Shown piece by piece: positions 57,944 through 64,000 of a DNA stretch of 64,000 nt. How positions within the stretch are numbered: the first letter of the stretch is position 1; the number at the start of each line of letters is the position of its first letter. The notes below the pieces were generated by a model, which saw nothing but the letters and a program-made list of their open reading frames with translations, ran no database searches and was not told the DNA's origin. The translations under genes and the position numbers were made by a program. The stretch is from positions 17,435-81,434 of the IMG/VR virus record IMGVR_UViG_3300037067_014938; one strand, written 5' to 3'. This DNA comes from a virus. Lineage: Duplodnaviria; Heunggongvirae; Uroviricota; Caudoviricetes.

Positions 57944-58531
57944 TTAAATAACCTTAGTTACCAAGTTATACTTTAATGCCTCTTTAGGAGTTACATACCA
58001 GTCAGTTGTTAAAAATTTCCCAGTAAATTCTTTAAAGGATAACGTTGTCTGAGAAGCTACATCAGTAAGTAATCTATCGTATAAATCTTTAGTCCGTCTA
58101 ACAATATCCCCATGTTCCTTCATTCCGATATCAAAAGGAACTGCCCATACCGGATAATGGTACATCAACTCACCATATTTGCTAACTATGCGTTCATCTC
58201 CTACTGATGCAAGTAAAGCACCCGCTGAATAAGCTATACCTGTTATTTCTGTTATGATAGGACAAGAAAGTTTATTAAACTCGTATATTAAAGATAATAA
58301 ATCATTTACATCTCCCCCAATGGTAGAAATTTTGATTGTAATAGGTTCCGATTCAGATTCATCTATCAAAAAAGGAAGAAAAGAAATAATTCCAGAAGAG
58401 ATATAGCTATCAATTATATCATAAATATGTATTATTCTATGTGTTACATCAATCCTACTTGAAGCAGGGTGACCGGACCTTTTTGTAATTAATATAATAT
58501 TGGGCGTGTTGTCTTCCTGGTTGTAAGGCAT
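57944..58531 (-). CDS. ClpP-family serine protease (possible prohead protease)
   Basis: GIAYSAGALLASVGD and MYHYP resemble the ClpP GxASMG / MIHQP motifs. Start moved to MPYNQ (track ORF 57944..58690) to avoid the overlap with dnaB. Confidence 0.5.
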   Translation of the reverse strand: MPYNQEDNTPNIILITKRSGHPASSRIDVTHRIIHIYDIIDSYISSGIISFLPFLIDESESEPITIKISTIGGDVNDLLSLIYEFNKLSCPIITEITGIAYSAGALLASVGDERIVSKYGELMYHYPVWAVPFDIGMKEHGDIVRRTKDLYDRLLTDVASQTTLSFKEFTGKFLTTDWYVTPKEALKYNLVTKVI

Positions 58532-58550
58532 GGTATCTCCATTTTTTAGT

Positions 58551-59867
58551 TTATTTTTCAGCGTGTCCTTCAATAAATTTACCCACATTTGCATGATTCG
58601 TAAATGATAAAATTTTATTTGTTTCCCCATACCTATTTTTAGCCACAATAATTTGGGTATATACTTTACTGAAACCCTTTTCAGCATCATATTTGTCGGG
58701 ACAATGCAACAAAAGAGTTACAGCAGCGTCCTGTCCCGTAGATTTGCAATCTCGCAAATCATTAACAGTAACCGGTAGCCCAGACTTCCTTTCATCCGGA
58801 TTAGTATTTAACTGTTGCAAAACTAAAATAGCCACATCAAATTGTTTTGCTGCACGTATTAATTTCTTAGAAGAAAGACCAATTTCCTGTTCTCTATTGG
58901 TAGCCCGTGAAACTCTATCCGTTATAAGATTGATATGATCTATTACAATTAAACCTAAATCACTAAACTTCGCTTTAGCAAATTGAATAAACATAACAAT
59001 ATCATTTATATCGTTTGTTTCTGCTTCAACTAATAATTTATCCTCCTGTTTTAATAATGTTCCAACATCTTGTATCTTTTTCATTTGTACGTCAGTAATA
59101 TTTCCTATCAAAATACTGTGAATTGGTACTCCAGATTTCAGAGAGATTAATCTGGCGAATAACTTATCATCGGAATCCTCCAACATAAAATACAAAATTC
59201 GTTTGCCAGTTCCCATTATTGAGTTCGAAATCTGAATAGCCAATTGTGTTTTACCATCTGAGGTGCTGCCGCCCAAAACCCATATATTTTTTCTTTCAAG
59301 TCCTAATGTAAGTTCATCCAAACTTCTAAATCCAGTAGGCATTTCAATAGACTTAGAAATATTTGATTTAGCCTCTTTAAATCGTGTTACTCTCTCAACC
59401 AGAGAAGTTATAAAGGAAGATTCTATATCCGCTGTATTTTTTATTGACTGTTGCTCTTTTAATCCTACTTTATTAATTCCTTTTGTAAGTTCATCTATGA
59501 TTCTAATTGATGAGGTCTTATTATTTAAATAAACTCCGATTGTATCAAGTAATTTTTGGATTCGACGGAGTCTTGCTTGTTCTATAAGTTCTTCATAGAC
59601 TAGTGAAATATTATCAACTGGCTTTAAAGATTCAATCCATTCAATTAAACCAAGAGCATTTTTATCCTCTTTATATTTAAATTTTAAATCATTCCAAGTG
59701 ACTATATCTTCTTCTATAACTGAAGAGGCAATTATGGCATAAAATTCAAAATATATGGGATAGATAAAATCATCAGGAATTATATGATTTTCTATTTCAG
59801 TTAACTGTTTTGGATTAACCATTAAACTAACCAAGAATATTCCGTCCAAATCAGATTTCAAATACAT
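58551..59867 (-). CDS. DnaB-family replicative helicase
   Basis: PTGFRSLDELTLG, Walker A GGSTSDGKTQLA, Walker B LIVIDHINLI, LVLQQLNTNPDER and DLRDCKSTGQDAAV match DnaB helicase motifs. Confidence 0.8.
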   Translation of the reverse strand: MYLKSDLDGIFLVSLMVNPKQLTEIENHIIPDDFIYPIYFEFYAIIASSVIEEDIVTWNDLKFKYKEDKNALGLIEWIESLKPVDNISLVYEELIEQARLRRIQKLLDTIGVYLNNKTSSIRIIDELTKGINKVGLKEQQSIKNTADIESSFITSLVERVTRFKEAKSNISKSIEMPTGFRSLDELTLGLERKNIWVLGGSTSDGKTQLAIQISNSIMGTGKRILYFMLEDSDDKLFARLISLKSGVPIHSILIGNITDVQMKKIQDVGTLLKQEDKLLVEAETNDINDIVMFIQFAKAKFSDLGLIVIDHINLITDRVSRATNREQEIGLSSKKLIRAAKQFDVAILVLQQLNTNPDERKSGLPVTVNDLRDCKSTGQDAAVTLLLHCPDKYDAEKGFSKVYTQIIVAKNRYGETNKILSFTNHANVGKFIEGHAEK

Positions 59868-59876
59868 AAATATCCT

Positions 59877-61730
59877 CTACCTAATTTCACATGCCCCACC
59901 ACCACAAGCCACAGTTTCTATATGGGTTGTAGTGTCTATTTCTTCTTTTAACAAAGATAAGTCTAATTTCTTTACTTTAGAAATCAATTCATCATATTTT
60001 TCCTTCGTTATTTCTTCAAAAGGTGGCTGAATATATAACTTATTATCATATGGTAAAACTGTAATAGATGTATAACAATCTTTATTATCCCACATCCATT
60101 TTCCTACTTCATCCCATTCATTTTCTTTTATACTGACAGTACAAGACACATTATTATTATTATGCCCTTTTCTATGACCTCCTTGAATCCATTTTTTATA
60201 GACTATTTTAACTCTTGTTAATAAATCCAATGCTTTTTCCGTTCTAAAGACAGCTCCAAAAGGTGCTTCTATGGGTAAAGAAATAACCGCTTGCATTGTT
60301 GGATTAAAATAATCATCCTCTAAAATCTCAGGATTATCCTTTAATAAATAACTATATAATGGTTCAATTTTATTAATTCGTATTCGTCTAATATAATATG
60401 GAGAATGCCAAGCGTGTATTCCACTTGAGCATCCAAGAACTAACGATGATGTGCCTTCTGGCTTTACCGTAGTTGTTCTACTCGCTTTTTTTATACCTAA
60501 AATTTTTGCTACACGTTCATTTTCCTGCTTTACTACTTCTGCCGCTTTTTTTATGTCCAATGGAAAAATTTTGTTAGATGCTATTCCACTTAAACTCACT
60601 CCTATTAAGGCATCTTTTTCTGTAGTTTCTTTCCATGTTTCTCTAAGATAGTGGAAGTTTGTATACGCTGCTTGCAATGTTGCAATAAACGCCGCTGCTT
60701 TTGCACGAGATTCAAATTCAACTTGTGATTCAAGATCAGTAGCATTAACTGTCACTAAGTTACAAAATTGAAAAGACTTTAATGAAATTTCCCCGCAGGG
60801 ATTACAACCAATTTCAGAATCGTTTGTAAAAAATATACCTGGTTCACCAGTACCCGAATTTCTTATAACGTCCCAAAATACTTTAAACTCATCCTCAGTT
60901 ATTTCATGTCTTAATATGACAGCCGAATTATTCGCTCTGGCTCTTTGGGGATTTTCTTCAGCCCAATTTTGAAATTTACAGGTTCTCATTTGTTCGTCAT
61001 CAAATGAAAATAATGCTATCATAGCAGAACGTCGTATTCCACCTGATAAAACTGCATCAGCTAAAAGACAGTTGATATCATGCACCTCTAAAGTAGTTAA
61101 TTTTTCGCCGTCTTTTTTTCTGTCTAACAACGTCTGTATTCTATGTAGACATGTTTTCAATGGTTCAGGACCAGGAGCAACCCCACCACTTGTTTTTAGT
61201 AGTGTGCCTCTTGATCGTATATCCGAAAAGTCAAACTCTGGACTTGACTTTCTGACACCCATATAAGAATTGATTAAAACTTTGACTGAATCCGCCCAAC
61301 CTTCAACTGAATCGGTTATTAAAAATCTTCTGGATTTTTTTGGTTTAATTATTTCTGGAAGTTCCCGAACATGATGCTTTTGTATAGAGTATCCAACTCC
61401 ACAACCACACATTAATAAAAACATTATCTCACCAAAAGCATCCGGGCTATCCATTTTTACAAATGAGCAATTATACAACCTTGTTGGATTAAGTTCAATA
61501 GCTCTACCGCCAAATTGTAAACTTCTCATAGACGGCAAAACTTTTTTTTCAAAAACATATGCATATGCTCGCTGTATTTCATCTTCTAAAGATGGAAATT
61601 TTTTTATATGCATTTGCATGTTACGAGTGACTAATTCTTCCCATGTTTCTCTTCTATTTAATTCAGGTATATACCTGCTATATTTCATATATATTGCTAG
61701 TGCACTTAAATTTCTAAGTGATTCAGTCAT
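59877..61730 (-). CDS. Class II (adenosylcobalamin-dependent) ribonucleotide reductase, NrdJ-like
   Basis: Active-site EIGCNPCGEISL motif and a C-terminal Cys pair VACGGGACEIR. 617 aa. Confidence 0.75.
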   Translation of the reverse strand: MTESLRNLSALAIYMKYSRYIPELNRRETWEELVTRNMQMHIKKFPSLEDEIQRAYAYVFEKKVLPSMRSLQFGGRAIELNPTRLYNCSFVKMDSPDAFGEIMFLLMCGCGVGYSIQKHHVRELPEIIKPKKSRRFLITDSVEGWADSVKVLINSYMGVRKSSPEFDFSDIRSRGTLLKTSGGVAPGPEPLKTCLHRIQTLLDRKKDGEKLTTLEVHDINCLLADAVLSGGIRRSAMIALFSFDDEQMRTCKFQNWAEENPQRARANNSAVILRHEITEDEFKVFWDVIRNSGTGEPGIFFTNDSEIGCNPCGEISLKSFQFCNLVTVNATDLESQVEFESRAKAAAFIATLQAAYTNFHYLRETWKETTEKDALIGVSLSGIASNKIFPLDIKKAAEVVKQENERVAKILGIKKASRTTTVKPEGTSSLVLGCSSGIHAWHSPYYIRRIRINKIEPLYSYLLKDNPEILEDDYFNPTMQAVISLPIEAPFGAVFRTEKALDLLTRVKIVYKKWIQGGHRKGHNNNNVSCTVSIKENEWDEVGKWMWDNKDCYTSITVLPYDNKLYIQPPFEEITKEKYDELISKVKKLDLSLLKEEIDTTTHIETVACGGGACEIR

Positions 61731-61998
61731 TTATGTCCCTTTCTAAGTTGAAACTGAGTTAAGTCAATTGTATTTTTTAATTGCCTTTTACCCACTCTAT
61801 AATCTGAATCCATAGCATTCTTTTTACAGATACCATATAAGTACTTTGATTTTTGAATTGGATCAGAAATTGTTTCAGGCATCAATAAAATACATTTGCA
61901 TAAAAAATCATAGGTATACTGTTTAGTCATTTTACCAAATAGGGGCCAGAAAAACTGACCCCTGTTTTGTACAGTAAAAGATATAAGTTCTTTATAAG

Positions 61999-62142
61999 TC
62001 ATTTTGTAGAAAAATGTTCCACATTTAATCTGATTTCGTTAATATCAGAAAAATTTGCTTCTGATATCCCCAATTTTTCTAACATCTCGTTAAATGATGA
62101 GTCTGATTCAAAGTCAACTCGGTATAAAGATATAGTAGGCAT
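61999..62142 (-). CDS. Small hypothetical protein (47 aa; start at MPTISLY)
   Basis: RBS GGAGAT upstream. The longer track ORF (61999..62241) would read through the tRNA-like element. Confidence 0.35.
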   Translation of the reverse strand: MPTISLYRVDFESDSSFNEMLEKLGISEANFSDINEIRLNVEHFSTK

Positions 62143-62159
62143 ACAGGATCTCCATAAAA

Positions 62160-62269
62160 TGGAGGTGGGTGGATTTGAACCACCGTGTGAGTAAAACTGC
62201 ATTGAAAATGATCTTCCCGATGGGAAGCATATCAATGCCATGATCTACTCGTCAATGCCTGTCACCCCC
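62160..62269 (-). ncRNA. tRNA-like element (110 nt) with tRNA-Ala-type acceptor GGGGGTG/CACCTCC and T-arm GGTGG-TTCAAAT-CCACC but non-canonical body; 5' end resembles a tmRNA tRNA-like domain
   Basis: The 5' sequence GGGGGTGACAGGCATTGACGAG is like tmRNA GGGGCUGAUUCUGGAUUCGACGGG. No D or anticodon arm could be folded by hand. The element overlaps the def stop. Confidence 0.35.
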
Positions 62270-62775
62270 ATATAGTCAAATGTTGATATAGTTAATGGTT
62301 TAACTCTATATTCTCTTTCTATTTTTCTACGCATTTCCCTATTTTGTCCTCTATCAATAAATAGAATACCATACAAATGGTCATATTCATGCAAAAATAC
62401 AGATGCATCAATACCTTCAAATGTTAATTCCTCAGATTCACCCTTTTCGTTTAAAAATGAGACAGATACATATAGAGGTCGTTCAATTCTTAAATGTGCT
62501 CCTGGAAAAGATAAGCATCCCTCCACAGCAGAAACTATTTTAGTACTCTTAAATGATTTTACACATGGGTTCATTATAACTTGTGTTTTACCTGCATATT
62601 TTAAAACAATTATTTGTTGAGATATACCCAGTTGTGGAGCGGCAATTCCAGCAACATCAGGAAAAAGATTTACTTTATTTTCCATTTCAAATATAATTGA
62701 ACCGGGCATATCCCCCGGCGATACAGGTACAGAGACACCCCGTAATATTGGATTATTACTTTGAAGCAGTTTCAT
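62245..62775 (-). CDS. def: Peptide deformylase
   Basis: GIAAPQLG, EGCLSFPG and HEYDHL (HExxH) motifs in PDF order. Confidence 0.85.
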   Translation of the reverse strand: MKLLQSNNPILRGVSVPVSPGDMPGSIIFEMENKVNLFPDVAGIAAPQLGISQQIIVLKYAGKTQVIMNPCVKSFKSTKIVSAVEGCLSFPGAHLRIERPLYVSVSFLNEKGESEELTFEGIDASVFLHEYDHLYGILFIDRGQNREMRRKIEREYRVKPLTISTFDYMGVTGIDE

Positions 62776-63394
62776 TTTTTGTAAACTCCCTGAATTTTTT
62801 TATCATAGGATGATCCATATAATCAGACCGATAAATAGGAAATCTTCCAGTAGGAACTAAATAGGCTATAGCTTTTCTAATAGCATTAGAAGTAGGTATT
62901 TCTATATTACCAAATATAGCGTTCCCTTCTTTATCAAGACTCACGACTTCCTTTTTTGTATTAGTGTCATAATACGTTTCTAATGGAACTTCAGCTAGCC
63001 CCTCTACATAACTACTGCCAAATTTAATGGTCGCTTTTACCCACAATTTGTGTAACAATTGCTCTGAAACTACTTCCGTTGTTATTGTAACATCCCCTTT
63101 CATGTCCGATAAGATAGTTAAATATCCATCTAAACTAAGATAAGGACTTTCAATGGTAAAGAAAATACCTTTATTAAAAGAAGCAACTTTATTCCACCCA
63201 TATTTCTTTTGGAGAGCTTTCAATTCTTCTTCTGATGCTTCTTTATGCCACACCTTTACTTTTTGCGGGATACCCTGAATATACCCGGCATATCTTTCAT
63301 CCAAATGAGCATAAGCAATGGCAAATCGTCTGGCTTCTTCTTTTTGCCATCCTTCAATTATATCATCTATCTTATTTAATTCCCATTGCTCCAT
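62756..63394 (-). CDS. Hypothetical protein
   Basis: 212-aa ORF. Confidence 0.45.
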   Translation of the reverse strand: MEQWELNKIDDIIEGWQKEEARRFAIAYAHLDERYAGYIQGIPQKVKVWHKEASEEELKALQKKYGWNKVASFNKGIFFTIESPYLSLDGYLTILSDMKGDVTITTEVVSEQLLHKLWVKATIKFGSSYVEGLAEVPLETYYDTNTKKEVVSLDKEGNAIFGNIEIPTSNAIRKAIAYLVPTGRFPIYRSDYMDHPMIKKFREFTKNETASK

Positions 63395-63667
63395 TACATC
63401 CTCACTCGTTTAAATTTTTCTATTCCACATTTTTGATTTGCCCATTTATGAAACCATAAAAAGCACATATTAAAGTCCTATTTCCTCTTGTAAGATAACG
63501 CTTAATCCCATATCTTCAATAAGCATATTTAACTCACCTCCCAATATAATAATGCCACATGGGTATAAGAATACACCAAAATATTACTACTGATAAAATC
63601 ACATATGCAAACTCATATCTTTTTAAGTGTGAAAAAATTTTTTTAAATGTCATATAAACCTATATAA

Positions 63668-63738
63668 TGGCAGGGGCGGGAATCGAACCCGCCTATCTTG
63701 CTTATGAGACAAGAGAGCATCCACTGCTCCACCCTGCT
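63668..63738 (-). tRNA. tRNA-Met/Ile2 (anticodon CAU) with unpaired A1-C72
   Basis: Acceptor AGCAGGG/CCCTGCC, D-arm GAGC-AGTGGAT-GCTC, anticodon stem CTTGT/GCAAG with loop CTCATAA, T-arm GCGGG-TTCGATT-CCCGC. Confidence 0.6.
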
Positions 63739-63779
63739 AAAATTTATAGGAGCCATCAGTAGGACTTATGAGATGCCAT

Positions 63780-64000
63780 TACGCTGTGTTTTTCAGGGAT
63801 ACTCTACGTCCTACACTACTACTATCCCTTATTCGGTCTGATAGCTCCCGAAACAAAATTTTTACGGGCTGGCAGCTTATCTTATGATAAGCCAATCTCC
63901 CACGGGGGTTCCCATATACTTTCTCAAGGTTAGCTGGAACCCTAGTATCTCCCGTGGAAATCCCCAGCCCACAGCGACTTACCGCAATTCTGAATCCGTG
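63780..64000 (-). ncRNA. Possible structured RNA at window edge, truncated
   Basis: Nested inverted repeats CACGGGGGTTCC...GGAACCCT...CTCCCGTG with no ORF. The window ends inside it. Confidence 0.2.

Noticed and set aside
62160-62269. Possible tmRNA (ssrA) because of the GGGGGUGACAGG...AUUGACGAG 5' end and tRNA-Ala-like acceptor/T-arm
   Set aside because: It is only 110 nt. It has no tag-peptide reading frame ending in a hydrophobic ALAA-type tail plus stop and no pseudoknot region. It is kept only as a tRNA-like element of unknown nature.
1-64000. Prophage/integrative element markers (integrase, transposase, attachment sites)
   Set aside because: None recognised. The gene content is a lytic-phage replication/nucleotide-metabolism set, and the repeats found are better explained as promoters, iterons or paralog motifs.

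Overview
This is an AT-rich (about 30% GC) window with densely packed genes, bacterial-style AGGAG ribosome-binding sites and stop/start overlaps. The content looks like part of a large (jumbo-type) bacteriophage genome rather than a cellular chromosome. All protein-level calls are from motif reading by eye, not database searches.

Gene content:
- Replication and recombination: family A DNA polymerase with a 3'-5' exonuclease domain, SSB, HU, RuvC and a RuvB-like ATPase, a DnaG-type primase, a DnaB-type helicase, RecA, and a single-polypeptide SbcD-SbcC (Mre11-Rad50-like) fusion.
- Nucleotide metabolism: class II ribonucleotide reductase, ThyX, a UDG-like glycosylase, a MazG-like pyrophosphohydrolase and peptide deformylase.
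- Other recognisable genes: a phage-type sigma factor, a MoxR-like AAA ATPase next to a VWA-domain protein, a GH108-type lysozyme, a 3D-domain cell-wall enzyme, a ClpP-like protease, and two RNA-repair ligases (RtcB and an Rnl2-like ligase).
- tRNAs: at least 13 tRNA genes (Thr, Gln, Ala, Glu, Arg, Leu, Lys, Val, Ile, Pro, Ser, Met) plus three tRNA-like elements that do not fold canonically.

The most interesting signals are:
1. A tRNA-Leu(UAA) gene interrupted in its anticodon loop by a ~220-nt group I intron whose catalytic core is recognisable.
2. A family of at least 15 small ORFs (60-120 aa) in tandem arrays on both strands, sharing a conserved C-terminal peptide motif (I/L)LL(F/L)ILA(E/D/N)R and often an N-terminal M-K/R-I-I-I strand. 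The minus-strand copies additionally carry a recurring GGGCTGGCCCTTCCAAT DNA motif.
3. Several GC-rich (about 45-50% GC) moron-like islands. One of them, a 1.7-kb island, is flanked by roughly 35-bp imperfect direct repeats, and it lies next to a 1.1-kb ORF-free region with iteron-like repeats.
4. A MoxR-VWA (DUF2201-like) module with a Zn-ribbon insertion, a RuvB with a Zn-ribbon insertion, and a primase whose CHC2 zinc finger is at the C-terminus.
5. Four tRNAs with an apparent C at position 33.
6. Structured noncoding RNA candidates.

No CRISPR arrays, integrases or transposases were recognised.
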